DNA from: Cetorhinus maximus
Lineage: Eukaryota
Direction: 5' to 3'
Assembly: GCF_964194155.1 (NCBI RefSeq)
Contig: NC_135889.1
Coordinates: 106,578,001-106,642,000, forward strand
DNA length: 64,000 bases
Part shown: piece by piece, positions 38,226 to 52,152 of the stretch
How positions within the stretch are numbered: position 1 is the first letter of the stretch
How the letters are laid out: each line of letters begins with the position of its first letter
Notes under the pieces: generated by a model
What the model was told of the DNA's origin: nothing
Database searches by the model: none
What the model saw: only the letters and a program-made list of their open reading frames with translations
Made by a program: the position numbers and the translations under genes

Positions 38226-38647
38226 TATCCGCATTGGTGAGCTGTATAGAAATCATTGGAGGTGGTGAACCATAATATTATACTTCCGCCATGCATGCAG
38301 GGCACGGCTACAGGTCTTTAGAAATCTCAATAAATATGCCAAGTAGTTACCCAAAATGGCCTTATACCAGTAGGTTGTCTAAATATAAATAAGCACAAAT
38401 TGTTTCCATTCCATTCAGATTACAGTTGAATGATTACAATTTATGCCCAGAACACTCTTGCAGCAGCAACATATACTGACATTCTTAAAGGGTATTACCC
38501 AAAAAGTACTTCAGGAAAACATTAGCAGTTAGATCTTAGATGGCAAAATATAGCAGTGCAAAACACGACGGAGTGAGACAGTAATGCAGTAACATGTCTC
38601 AAGTGACAACACTAATGTATTCACATCAAAATGGATATAGGACAGGC

Positions 38648-38785
38648 AGTTCTGACAAAAGGTCATCAACCTAGAACATTAACTCTATTTCTCACTCCAC
38701 AAATGCTGCCAGACCTGCCGAGTGTTTACAGCATTTTCTGTTTTAATTTCCAATTTTCAGCAGGCACAGTATTTTGCTTTTGTAT
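38648..38785 (+). mobile_element. Penelope-like terminal repeat, decayed, opposite orientation to 5260-5394
   Basis: gttctgacaaaaggtcatcaacctagaacattaactct...cagtattttgctttt; partial copies also at ~41478-41540 and ~62495-62585. Confidence 0.7.
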
Positions 38786-40612
38786 TGCCGTAGGATAGAC
38801 ACTTGGGTGTCACTCCTCATGCTCCTGATCCTTCCAATATCTCAATATTGCTTCTCTACTTGAAAGACAGCAGCACACAAAATAAGGTCCCTGACACAGA
38901 CAGTGGAAGAGCCTGACAATATAAAGCCTTTGTGCTCCTTCGAAAGACACTGGAAATCGTGACATGAGAGGAGAGGAGAGCATGAATACAGAGGTCTCCT
39001 CACGTGCAGCTTGTTGTAAGGTAAGTAACTCGTAAGGTCAGTTCAGCACCACGAAGCACACACACACACGTGTATGTGTACATATATAGACATATGCATT
39101 TACTCCAATATATATATGCCAATAAGGACCCCTTTCTGTAAAGGATATGGTTCTTTTTGTTATAAACACAAAGCTTATTATTCAATTCAACAGTAAACTG
39201 CATTGACGCCTAAAGCACCTGGCTTGTTAATAATTGATTCTTGCTTATTATTTCTTAGCTTATGAAAGGCAAACTGAGAAACAGTAATGGTGAGACACTT
39301 GTTCATATTCTTTGTATTTTTCTACTGTTTAAAGACTCTTTAGTGTTGGAGACATGTCTCTGCTGGATCTCTATTCCATCGGGACAGTCTACAATAGAAA
39401 AAATGGCAAGGATCCAATAAAATGAAGCCTTCACTAATCTGCAGTGATTTTCGCACTGGTGGGAGATTCTAGACAGTAATGTGCACTGATATTCTTCAAT
39501 GTTCGAATCATTGTTCTTTGACAAGTGAAGTGAATTTTGTTTTAGCCTACCTCTGCACATGGTCCCAATGACAAACAATAGGAGTGCTTGCAAGAGACTA
39601 AAATAAATTTCACCACAGGCAGTGTTAACTTTCCCAAGTGCATTGACCCTCACCCTCATATCTTCAGGCAAATGCCACTTACTGGTTCAAATGAAACAGG
39701 GCTCACAGACTCAATGGCATGAGCTCCCTCTGCTGTCAGTTCATCTTAAATAAGCATGATGAATTAAAAGTCTTTAATCACCAGTAAACTCTCATAATGC
39801 CACCACACCCTTTATATGATGTTAAATTACCCTCAGCTCCTACACCCCTATCAGTTTTGCTATTCTCTCCCATCTGTCATGAGGTCTGCACTTGTGTCAT
39901 CTTTCCTACGAAACAGATGATCAGAATGATCTAAAAAAAATGCATAATGGGAAATGAATGCTCATCTGTATCTTCCTGGGTAAGATAAATGAAAAGTTAG
40001 TCTAATATGCAACCCTTTTCTCATCTTTAGCTTCTGGTTCTGATCTGCCTCTGGATCAGAAACGTCCTTGTCCTTTGTTTTGTTGATACTACAATGATCA
40101 TTGTAGCTATAAGCAATTTTCTGTTTTGTTCCTATAAAGCAAGACATTTACATCTCTTTTCCCCTTCCTTGTATTATCACAGTATTGAACAAAAGATATA
40201 CAACAGCAGATCAAACGCTTACTTAATCCATTGTTCTCAAGACCTCGAAGCTCTACGTAGAATTTTGTATTCTCTTCAGAGAATTTGTCCTGGGGAGCAG
40301 TGTTTAAGTGGAGCAACCAGCATCTGCCACTCTTGCCTATTTAGTTTCCTTCCTGTCCCAACTCCAAATCAAGGCTGTAGATCTGTGATTCCCCCAAAGT
40401 TAAAAGAGAAGGAATCCAACTTTAAGTTTTAAAGTTGTTGACCCAATTGCAGCTCAGATGTGGGCTTCCAATACTATCAGATATACAGAGGTTGAACAAT
40501 ATATCTTGAATAACGCCATTGATAGGCAAAGTGGGCCATGTATTTACTTTCAAAGGCACCTCATTTGTGTAAAACCAGCTATAGCCAACCCTTTCCCCTA
40601 TAGTTTATAGGC

Positions 40613-40617
<5 letters not shown>

Positions 40618-40648
<31 letters not shown>
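40618..40648. repeat. (TA)n microsatellite
   Basis: About 15 TA units. Confidence 0.95.
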
Positions 40649-40651
<3 letters not shown>

Positions 40652-42753
40652 GGTCAATGAAGAAGACCAAACTGAGCTACTGCTTTTTCTTTCCTGTGAG
40701 ATGAGCAGTCTCCATTCACAAATGTCACAAATCAGATGTACTCTTTACCTTGTTGACGAGCGTTAGTCTCATTGAAAATTTCTCTGTATTCCTGATGATG
40801 AACATATTTTAGTGATGTCATATACTACTATGTGCAAAGCAGATGAGGAACAAAACAGTTTTTAATATTTTGATTGGAAGTCACTGGTATTCACAGTTTT
40901 AAATGACAAGACACAAATTAAAGGGAATCCTCAAGCGAGACCCCAGTTGTCTGTCCTTTTATTTCTCCACCTTGTTCTCCTACTGACCTATCCTGTTCCA
41001 ATGAAGCTCAATGTAAGACCAGGGAACAGCAGCTCATAGGAACATGGGAGCAGGAGTAGGCCATTCGGCCCATCAAGCCTGCTCCCCCATTCAATTAGAT
41101 CATCTAGCTCAATGCCACTTTACTATGCTAGCCCCAAATCTCAATGTCATCTTTCAATTGACTTCACAGCCTCCTGGACTCAATATTGAGTTCACCAATT
41201 TCAAACCGTAATTTCTGCCTCCATTTTCTTTTCTTTGCATGTTTTGGTTCTATTCTTATTTTCCCTTTGTTTTTGCTTTCAGACAACAGCTGTTCCTCTT
41301 ACGTCTTTCACACCTCCTTTAGGCACAAGTTTTGTTACTTTACTCCTTTCATTGCTACTCGCTTTGGCCAGAAATGTTTGCCAGGAACATACACAGCCGG
41401 CCAGCGGACATGCCTCACCCTGTTTCTCGCTCCCTTGTTGTGATCCTGCCTCATATGGGCTGGAAAAATTCTCCTCATGTTTCTCTCTCCACCTATGCTG
41501 CCTGACTGGTATGAGCATTTCCAGCATTTTCTGTTTTCAATACAGGTAAAAGGGAGGTTGAGTTTCACTGAGAGATACACGAGGCAGAATTTCCTCCCGT
41601 TTACAGTGAGCGTCTTTGGCGGCGTGAGCAGAAAATATCACGAGGTGGCCCTGTTCGCGTTTCGCAGCAACTTAAGCCCAGGATGTGATTCCCGCCCCCC
41701 ACTTCGTCAGTGCTGGGCCACGTTTCCCACTGTCCAATATTGGTAAGTTAATTTTATTGCATTTGCATCTCATTATCATGCCCGCACACCGGAATCAACC
41801 CCCCACTTCAAATTTAATTCTCACGTCGGCGTGACTTCAGAATGGCGGGATTTACGCCTGCTTTTTAAAGGCATGCACCTGGCGAGCTGAGCTTCAAGGG
41901 GAACTCGAGGTGAGTGCGCACAATCTCGCGCAGCGCTTGCGAGGATCACCCGTAGGACATCAAGGAAGAGGCGCCGCGCAATCAGGGATGGGGCACAGGC
42001 AAGTCACTTTTCCCCAGCTGGCTTTCAGTGCAGTGCCGGGGCAAGGGCTCCAGTGTGGGTGGGGCCGGGAGGGATGGATAGTGAGGGCAAGGCTGCACAG
42101 GCTGATGGAAGTACACAAGCACATGCCGGGGTCGGGGGGAGGAAGAGGTGGGGAGACCGTTCAGCAGCAGCTCCATTGACATGCTTGGAGCCGGGCCTCT
42201 GAAGCTTTTCTGCCCACTCAAGCAACGCAAAAGCATGCAAGTGCCACCAAATGCTTCAGAACTTTGCACCTCTCGGGCGCAGACTGCAAATTAATGTGAC
42301 TTTTAGGGGGCTGCAGAACAATTGGACGACTGGGCAAGTTGTAGAGCCCTTTTGCGAAAGCTGGACATGGAACAGGCACTGATGGAGGCACCCTTGCAAT
42401 GTATTTATTCAGGCTTAGAGCAGTAACCCTTATGATTCAAGCCAACAGTGCAGCTTTGCAGTGCAGGTTAGGATAATACCTGCAACCGAGCTGAGAACAT
42501 AGCATGCAGTCAAGTAGCCAAACCTGCCGTCAATCGGGCAAGTGGAGTGGGGCGGAGGTGGGTGGGGTTTTGAATAGCCATGAAGCGCACTAAATACTGG
42601 CCATCCAAGTGGTGGTCAGCACTCTTTTGCTGCATGTGAAGGGGCCTTGAGATGCAGCAGGAGTTGGAGACATAACCAAGAGAGGCCCTTAGGAAACAAA
42701 TGCTAACCCACGCATCATTCTCTTTGATCCTGCAAGAGCAGAACACCAGCATC

Positions 42754-43940
42754 ATAGAGCCTGGTGATCTAGCTGTGTGCCTCATGGCTTACAGGGAGCA
42801 GAGAAGAAGGAGAAGATTACGATAGAAGTAGCTGGCTCAGCAAAGGGAGGAGGACCACCCTCAAGCTGAAGGAGTGGCAGGGCCTCCTCTGGCGGCAACT
42901 GAAGGTCCACAGCGAGCTGTTGCTCTTGGGGGCCTCGCTAGACCCAGGGCCTACAGACGGCGCTTGCCATTTCTGCAGATGAGTGAGAACCAATGTCGCC
43001 AAAGACTGCGCATGTCTAGGGAACTGGTCAGTCACATATGCCACCTTCTGCAGGATTTAGCACCACAGGGACTTGGAGTGTGTCCACTGCCAGTGGCAGT
43101 GAAAGTGACCATTGAGCTCAATTTGTATGCCAGTGGCTCCTTCCAGGGCTCCACAGGTGACCTGTACAGGATCTCGCAAGCCTCCACCCACAAATGAATC
43201 CAGGAGATTACAGATGCCATCTTCGCGAAGGCACTGAACTTTAATTTCAATTGGGATCAGACAAGCCAGGAAGTAAGAGCGCTGAGATTTGCGGAGATCT
43301 CTGGTTTTCCACAGGTGCAGGGCGCCATCGACTGCATTCATGTGGCGCTTAGATCTCCATGGCAACAAGCAGTCCAATATGTCAACCGCAAGGGCTTCCA
43401 CTCACTGAATGTTCAGCTGATCTGTGACCACAACAAATGCATCCTACAGGTCTGCGCACAATACCCCGGAAATGTCCACAACTCCTACATCCTCAGCAGG
43501 TCGCAGATCCCTGACATCTTCCAGGGTTCAGGGAGGCTGAAGGGTTGTCTCCTTGGGGGACAAGGGCTACCCACAGGGGACATGGCTGATGACACCCATT
43601 CAGCAGCCTCAGACTGCAGCAGAGAGATGGTACAACAAGGCTCACACCGCAACCCAGACTTTGGTGGAGCACACAATTGGCATCTTGAAAATGAAGTTCC
43701 AGTGCCTCGACAGGTCTAGTGAAGCACTCCAGTACAGTCCCCAGAGGGTGTCAGGTATCACTGTAGTTTGCTGCATGCTACACAATCTGGCACCGCAATA
43801 GGGGGAGGACCTGGCTGGGCAGGAAATGGAAGGGCTGCATGTCTCCTCCGATGAGCAGGATATTGAAGTTGTGTTCAGGCTCATGTCATTGAAACACAGC
43901 AGGGGCCCTAATAGTCGCAAGATTCCAGGAGGATGATGAC
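42754..43940 (+). pseudogene. Harbinger transposase, disrupted
   Basis: LPVAVKVTIELNLYASGSFQ, GAIDCIHV, YVNRKGFHSLNVQLICD, GDKGY, VEHTIGILKMKFQCLDRS; stop at 43195 and frameshift near 43555. Ends approximate. Confidence 0.9.
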
Positions 43941-44492
43941 GACATGCAGTGAGGACACCCACATTTCTTCACATTGCCTCTGTGAACATCTGACCTCAAT
44001 CTGCCTGAGGTCAGCACGCTTGCACTCTGTGAACAGGGTCAAATCATGGAGACGCAGCAGTGATACTTTAACAGCACCTGATCCTTTGGCATCCTGGCCC
44101 CTTCAGGACCACACTGTCAGCGGTCACAGATGCTGAAGAGCTGGGGGGCCAGCCCTCCCTTAAAGGTGCTGAGAGAGAATGACGGAACTCTGTGACGCCT
44201 GCCCATGACATTCTGGCAGCCATGCCAAGCACTATCGAGGTGCAGGCATCACTAATGTGTCCAGTGAGTGTGAAGCCGGACTTTGGTCAGAAGGTTACAC
44301 GCTGCACAGGGAAGAGGCCCTGGCCTGAGACACCTGCCTTTATCTTGTGCAGAAACTAAGGTTTCACATCTGAATGGCACGAACACTGCTCATCATAACA
44401 AGGAGCCATAGACAAGGAGACACTCGTGGCAGTTTATTTACAATCGTGAACATGATGTGCACGTGATTAACACCTGTGCCCACACTGTGCAA

Positions 44493-46195
44493 CTAAATCT
44501 TCTTAACCTTCCTAACCCTGCCGCTACATCTTGGTACTCCCCCGAGATCCACAGTGAAGGTGGAGGCAGCCCAGAGGATGTCTGACTGCTATGCCCTGAT
44601 GGGCGGGCGTCCTCTGGAGGGCTGAGGCCTGGAGGGACCCCACCTGGTTTCAGGGTCCTGCTGGGTGTCAGTGGCACCTCCTCGGCTTGCTGAGCTGGAG
44701 CTGCAGGAGTCACGGGAAGATTGGAACTTGATGGACTGGACTCTCCCGGACTCACCTGGGTGGATGGCCCTGGGGTGTGCACCTGCCGATCCTCCTCCCT
44801 ATGGATACCTGAGAGATCCTGGTAGACTCCTTGAGAGGAAAGGGCAGCTGGAATGAGTTTGAAATGCCTCGTCCCCACCCCCCATCTCTCGCATTGACAA
44901 TGACGGATGCCAGCAAGTGCCTCAGTGATGGAGTGCAGCTCCTGTAGCAGTGCAGGCCTGATGTCCTGGACCAAGGTCTCCATGGCAGCCACCATCCTAC
45001 CAGTGTTGACCTCCGTGCATTGGCATGACGGTGCTATCACCTCAGACTGAAGGCGGACAGACCACTCCATTGTGCCTTGCAATCTGAGGAGTGCAGCAGA
45101 CATCCCTTCCTGATGGTCCCGAGCTTGTCTTTGCAGCTCCAGCAACTGAGGTAGAACTGAGTCCAGAGGCTTGTCATCTGACTCAGACTCAGCAGAATCC
45201 TGGCCTCCAGCTGTCCTCTGAGTGCCGGCACCCTTGGATTTCCCCGCGTCCACCTGCTGTGGATCAGACAGTGCAGTGTGCACACCAGATTGTGACCTCG
45301 AGGCTAATCTAGAACGAGTTCCCACTGAGGTGTGTGTCTCTGCGCTGGTGGAGGGTGTTGGCGAACGCTGTGATGGGTCTTCCATTGGTGTGCCTGCGGA
45401 TTTCTCTTCCGAGATGTCCTCGGGGCTGGAGTCAATGACCTGGCTTGTGGCCGCCCTCAGCTGCTTCCCGGATGTGCCGGTGAGAGAAAAGAGAAATACT
45501 TAATGCTCAGCAGGGGACTGTGGAACAGGAGACACCACTCACAGTGAGATTGCCTGATGGATGTTGCAGCACAGGATCCTCACTTAGTTGAGCATCACCC
45601 TCACCTCTGCGTAGGAATGGTCCACATCCTCGCCAGCCAGTTGGATGGCTCTATTTTCAAAGGCCATGGGGACCTTCAGCTTGGGTATGACTCCCGCAAC
45701 CTTGGACGTCTCCCTCTTGTTGTGGGATAACTTATCTTGCATGGAGACAGGTGGAGAGTGTGTAAGCAAAATGCCTGCCAGGCCAGATGTGAAGGGTGCC
45801 TGGCATGTGTGAAGTGTGAGTGGTGCTATGGACGGCATGAGAGCACAATGGGCAGGGAAGATTATGGTGTTTGTAAGAGAGTGAATTAACTCTATGGATA
45901 TGTGATGGGTTTGTGAGTGTGAGAGTTGAGAGTGATGAGAAGAGTGACATACTCTAGTGGAACGAAGGAGATCATTCATCGTCTTGAGGCATTGGGTGGC
46001 TGTCCTCTTTTGGAGGGTTTTGGCACTCACCACCATCGCCACCACCTCCCATGCTGGATCATTGAGCTGGGTGGCTGGTATTTGCCCAGAGCAGGGGTAG
46101 AGGAGCTCGCGGCGGGTTTTCACTGAGTTCAGCAGGCGCCCCAGAGAGGCGTCAGTGAATTCAGGGGCTCCCATCTTCTTTGCTTTGGGAGCCAT
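44493..46195 (-). pseudogene. Myb/SANT-like gene of H2, spliced, disrupted
   Basis: Exon 1 46195-45953 MAPKAKKMGAPEF...AWEVVA...TQCLKTMNDLLRSTR|gtatg; exon 2 from 45736 DKLSHNKRE; large last exon with coiled coil ending in basic PRCSGRVRKVKKI*; AATAAA on - at ~44433. Confidence 0.87.
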
Positions 46196-48838
46196 CGGTT
46201 GCTTGGAGTAGCCCTGGTCTGAAGACATGAAGTTGGCTGCGCTCTCGTACGCTTTAAATTTGGCGCCCGGAGCGAGGAAGCGTTAAGGTCATGGTGTGGT
46301 GGGCAAATCTGAGCCCGCCCGCCGGCGATCCAGCATGTTTCCTGTGCATGCATTATTAATGAGGTGGGTCACATCGGGAAGCGGACGATAAAGCGCAAAA
46401 ACCCGCCATTGCGGCTGGCGGGAAAAACATGTTTTTTCACGACTGCCACAGCACTTAGTGCACTTCAGGGAAAATTCCGGCCATGGATGCAAACGGAGCA
46501 GAATTGAAATTAGCACTAAAAAGGGGCTTCATGCTAAATATCCTGAGTTTGACCATAGAAGGACAATCTTACTGATTCCCCTAAAGCAGAGATGCCCAAA
46601 CTACAATTGCCTGAGTCACAAGATTGCTTCGAATTTCTGGTGTCCATCTGCAGTGATACTGCAGAAAATTGACTCCTTGAGACCGAATAATTTGGTAAAT
46701 AGTTTTATATCTGTTGGGGTATTAAAATAAAAAAGGATTCAAAGAGTGTTATCACACCTTTCGCAGAGCTGAGAATGGACTTCATACGCTTTTAAGCAAA
46801 TTTTAGGAGCTGATTGGTCTCTGGCATCCAGGTTTCAATGTTCCCAGTTTGTAGAGTAGAATAGCAAACTGTCGAACAGCTAAGGAAGAGTCACAAAAGT
46901 TCACACATCTAATCAAACAGCTGCTTTTGTCATCCACATGGATAACAAAACTTATCACATTCCCCACGCCTCTACCCAAACCAAGCCAACGAAGTCTGGC
47001 AATCCTTTCCAATCTACAGTCACACAAGCAAACAAACTAAATTCTCCCAAACAAATGAACTGTTTCTGACATCCGCTGTAATCCATATGCTTCCAAGCAA
47101 GAAAAAAAGAGGATCTGGCACCCTCCCTTAATTCTACACTCTCAACCAAGCATCCACATTCTAATTCAAATAAAGTGTTTACATGTGGCTCACAAGCTCT
47201 CAGGTAAACAACTAAGTGGTTCCTTAAAAAGTTTGAAGAGCCATACCCTGGACTCCTGCTGACAGGCCAAGTGACCTCTCTCTGTGTCATAAACCTTCTA
47301 TGATGCTACCAGGTCCAAGCATAATGCATTGGTCATTTTATCTGTGTAGCTTAAGGACCGTGCGTGATTTTGTCAAAATCCCTCATCTTTACGCAGAGAT
47401 GTCAAAGTTTCCTTTGGTGTTAAATTGTGAATCACATTTAGAGAGGCCACGGTGATAATGCAGGAAATGGGGGTGGTGTGGTGCATGGGGGGAAATCACC
47501 CTGGTACATTAAGACTCACCTTCTGCAAATTTGGCCATCAAGCTACATTCTTACATTACAGTCTACTCCTGATAAAGTGAAGCAATTTTAACAATTTTAG
47601 CAACAGAAACAGTGAATTATCCCAATAAGTCAAATTAAGCAATGATTTCTCACATCCAGATATTATCTGTTGATCCCTTGTCTAATGGTGTGACACTCAT
47701 GGTTATTTTGCACTGCACTCTGTATCACACGTTCTGACTTTACAGCAGAACTGCTATGAAAATAATTTCCCTTTTAGAGAAATATTTTCCAATGTGTTCA
47801 AAATATATTAAAAGAATGAATATTATACCATACGAAAGTTAGTAATCTGCTGCTAAAATAAAATGTGTGCATTATGTAGGAGCTGAAAGTGTATTTTTAC
47901 TCGTGTCACACTATGTTTTATATACTGCCACCTCCATCAGTCTGTATAATGAAGTGTAAAAAGAAAGAACTAAATGTTCTTTCATGACATGGAGCACAAC
48001 AAATGTCTAGCAACAAATTCCACGCAGTAATTCAATCTCATGATTCTCCTCTTAAAAGATGCCCGAGTTTCATGTTAGGACAATATCATTAGATTCACTG
48101 TACTGAATTATGGTTTAGAACTCACCTATAATGCAAGATGTTTATACAGTTCTTCAGCTATTTAAATGTCTCATGGCTTGCACTCATCTGCACTCTGTGT
48201 ATCTGTTCTCAAGCAATCCAAATGACAAATAGCTACCAATGTTTGCCTGGTGTTTTCACAGTTGGCAATACCAGTTTAATGTAGTGGCAATGTTGTCACA
48301 CATTAAAGGAGCATGAAAAGCTAATGGAGCCAGACATAGTTACTTAATTGCAGGCCTTTACTGAATATCATCCTAGATGAATTGAAGACGTTAACTAGTA
48401 ATCCCCTTGTCTTCCATTCATTCTCTTGAAGTCACTTTTCAATGATCTTGTTGTGCCACTAATTGCTATTTCCTGGTGCTTAAACTGCACAGATTGAATG
48501 ATTGATACTAAACTCATATAATTATGGGCTTAAGTTAATTTACCGATGCTCGGGAAAATTAGATAGAAAAATATGCAACAATTAAGGAACTTGGCAAACT
48601 TGTGCCATGCATATTATTATGTAATATATGATATTTCCTGAAAGTGTGGACCATTGTCAATGGAGTCACAGAAAATTTGGCTTTTCCAGATGAAGAAAAA
48701 GATTGTAGGCGAGAATCTTGAACAGGGAAATCAGGGGATTTTATTTTTCTTTATTCTTTCATGGGATGTAGGCAAATGTTGGCAAGGCCAGCATTCATCG
48801 CCTATCCCTAATTACCCTTCAACTGAGTGGCTTGCTCG

Positions 48839-48969
48839 CCCAGAAGGAAAACAGTAAAAACTGGGAAATAAGAACACTGGTCCGCACTGGTCTCGTACAT
48901 CATAAAATGGAAAACCAGTAAAACTGGGAAATAAGAGTACTGGCCTGAGCTGTTTTTTTTCCTGCTGGG
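48839..48969. mobile_element. 131-bp MITE with CCCAG termini (possibly CMC/EnSpm)
   Basis: cccagaaggaaaacag / ctgttttttttcctgctggg, with two internal direct repeats of cagtaaaa(a)ctgggaaataaga. Confidence 0.55.
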
Positions 48970-49070
48970 AGGCCATTTTAAAGGTCAGTTAAGAGTTAAC
49001 CACATTGCTCTGTAGTCACAAGTAGGCCTGACCAGGTAAGGATGGCAGATATCCTTCCTTAAATGATATT

Positions 49071-49435
<365 letters not shown>

Positions 49436-49949
49436 AAATGATATTAGTGAACCAGCTGGGTTTTATCCACAATCAATGATAGTTGTTGTGGCCACCATTA
49501 CTGAGACTAGGTTTATATTCTAGATTTATTGGTGAGATTTGAATACATGTCTCCGGAGCATTAGCCTAGGCCTCTGGATTACTAGTCTAGTGACATTAAT
49601 ACTATGCCACTGACTCCCCCCAGTTATAATAAAAAGCACGAGATGACTATGACAAACAGAAAAGTCAAACAAATGGCAGTCTTGAGATATGGGGTTCGGC
49701 GGATTGTGGTTGGGGAGTGGGTTTGATTGGCAGCAGGTTTTGGACAAGTGGGAGGCAGGGACAGTGTGTTCAGCAAAGCTGCCCAATGTTAGCAACTTGA
49801 GTTGTTAAGCCAATCCTAACTCTCAGACTTCATTGCATTCTGCCAATAGTCTGCCTGCTTGAAATGAACATAAAGAAGTAGCTGGCTGACCTTGGGGAGG
49901 TCAAAATGGAGGGTCACGGAGGCTACCTTTCCAACATTGAGGTATGCGG

Positions 49950-50270
49950 TGATTAAGGGGAGATCCATTTGAGGTGTTTAAGGCATTTAAAGGAATTGTT
50001 AGAGAGAAACTATTTGCTTTAGTGGGAATCAGGGAACATAGCCTTAAAATTAGAGTGAGCTTCAGGGGTGAAGTCAGGAAGGGGAAACCTGGAGCTCTCT
50101 CCCCCCAGAAAGCTGTTGATTTCAAAATTGAGATTGATAGTTCCTGGCAAGGGTATTAAGGTTTACGGAGGCAAGGTAAGTAAATGGAATTCAAATGCAG
50201 GTCAGCCGTGTTTTAATTGAATGGTGGGACAAGCTCAAGCGGCTGAACGATCTACTCTTATTCTAATGTT
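49950..50270 (+). mobile_element. Decayed CR1 3' fragment
   Basis: RGDPFEVFKAFKGIVREKLFALVG plus a CR1-type 3'UTR. Confidence 0.7.
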
Positions 50271-51676
50271 CCGAACAGAGGGTGTTATGCAAATGAGAAA
50301 GGGGCAGGTGGAGGAGGAAGCCTGCAGCAGCAGAGGTCCAGCCTCCCTTTGTGGGATACTCCTGAACCTCCGGGCCCCCCATAAGCAAAGTTTTTCAACA
50401 TACCTTAGAGATTTTGTGTCAGTGCGGGGCATGTAAAATATATTCTGGGTGTTTTTATACATGAAGTAAATAAGTTCATTAAAATATTCATTCAATTATT
50501 TTATAATATATTTCCTCAATAATTGTACAATTTGAATTTCACATTTTTAACAGGAATGTTTTCATATTTAATTTATGAACTGAATACAGTTCATTGATTT
50601 GGCCATGAAAGTGTGTATATTTATAAATTACCAACTGTTTTTTTAATGTAAAATTTATATTGTAATTATAATTGCTTACCTGTCATGTTCTGAAAACTAA
50701 TATTGGACTAATTCTGTTTTGTATCTGAACATCATCACCAATTGATGTCACTTTTTGTCCTTGCTCATATAAAATTCATAAATGACAATTAATATTTTGT
50801 GCAGCATCTCAAAATTATGAATTAAGTACTTATTACTTTTCCAGTCACAGTCTGGTATTTGAATTCATCTTCATAATATATTATTAATTGAAAAATTAAT
50901 ATGAGGAATAGAATGTGACTCATTTCCCTGCAAGCTATTTCCCACCAAACAGAAATCGAATAACCCAACCCATCAGAATTGATGAGTTACTACAATGTGG
51001 AGCAAAGTATCAAGGATTTGTCGGAAGATGGATAGGGAGAATCTTTAGGAGGCTGAGTGAGGGAAACATGAGTGGCTGTGCAGAGAACCTTGAGGTTATC
51101 CAGTGGCTTCCTCACAATGAGGTGTCAAAGTTGTTGGCAGGTGCAGGGACCGAAACTGCAATGAATCTGCAAAATACTGAACATTTCTAGTTTGACTGCT
51201 CAATTATACCAATGTAACTTCAACAGGATGGGGCAGGAAATAGTTTAGGAGTTGTTCTTCCAGGAGTTAGTCCACTTTTGCATCCATGAGATTTCCCACC
51301 AAAGGTAAAGGACCATTTAAAAACTTCCAACTACTTTGGTGTGACAGAACTTTAATAGTTTGCAAATGCCATAAGTTATCCAGTATTTTTTTTAACTGTT
51401 ATTTGTATTGTAGCCACACTTGGCTTAAAGGCATGAGTTCTTCCTGACATCCAATTTTGTGATTTGTGGTGGGGGAGCATTTAGATTTTTAAGGGCCGAA
51501 AAGGCACATCAATCAATTGTACTTAGTCAGATTGCTGTGTATTCTACATAGTTCACAGAAACAGGCCATTTGATCCAACTAATCTGTACAGATGTTTATA
51601 CTCCACATGAGTCTTCCTCTTCCTTCACCCCACCCCATTCTATCCACCTCATCTCAGCCTTTCAGCATAGCCTTCA

Positions 51677-51790
51677 GCATTACAACAGTGACTACACTTC
51701 TAAAAAGAACATCATTGGCTGCAGAGGACTTTGGGATGTCCTGAGTTCATGAAAGACATGATATAAATGCTAATCAGGCTTTTTCTATTG
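51677..51790 (+). mobile_element. SacSINE1/Deu-type SINE 3' fragment
   Basis: cattacaacagtgactacacttc...attggctgcagaggactttgggatgtcctgag...atataaatgc; other fragments at ~57270-57440 (+) and ~63865-63915 (-). Confidence 0.7.
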
Positions 51791-51859
51791 TACTCATCTA
51801 GTTTCCTTTTGGAAACAACTCCTGAAGCTACTCACATTAAGATGTCTTTTTCTGAACAT

Positions 51860-52152
51860 TTTAACTTTGAAAATCAGAGTCAAGCTGCCTGGTTTAAATT
51901 TCAACAATGCTTGGCAGTTAACTGTCAGACACCATCAATTGTTGCATACTTCATAGCAACACCTCTACCAATCAGAGTCCACTTGTCTACCAATCAGAAT
52001 TTACTTGCCGATCAATCAGCACTCTCTTCTCATATAGTATAAATTGTTGTTCCCTTTACATTTGGCGTTCTTGCGAACACCATTGCCCTGATGAGTGCAA
52101 GACAAAAAGCTTTGTCAAAAAATGCCTCTTTTTTTTTTCAGCAATGCTCAAG
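51860..52152 (+). mobile_element. Second Penelope-like terminal repeat family with CCAAT boxes, TATA and a decayed hammerhead
   Basis: ccaatcaga x2-3, tataaat at ~52038, then CTGATGA-GT(gcaag)AC-aAAA-AGCTT at ~52088-52112. Confidence 0.55.

Larger units (their letters stand above)
41582..46482 (+). mobile_element. Full-length PIF/Harbinger DNA transposon (element H2)
   Basis: Ends aggcagaatttcc / ggaaaattccggcc; flanks ACG / ATG; convergent transposase and Myb/SANT genes. Confidence 0.9.

Noticed and set aside
39303-39671. 122-aa minus-strand ORF
   Set aside because: No convincing domain or splice context; consistent with chance.
45584-46228. ORF reading through intron 1 of the H2 Myb gene (216 nt, stop-free)
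   Set aside because: The equivalent intron in H3 is 233 nt and out of frame, so retention is not conserved. Both copies show GCAA rather than GCAG at the expected acceptor, which remains unexplained.
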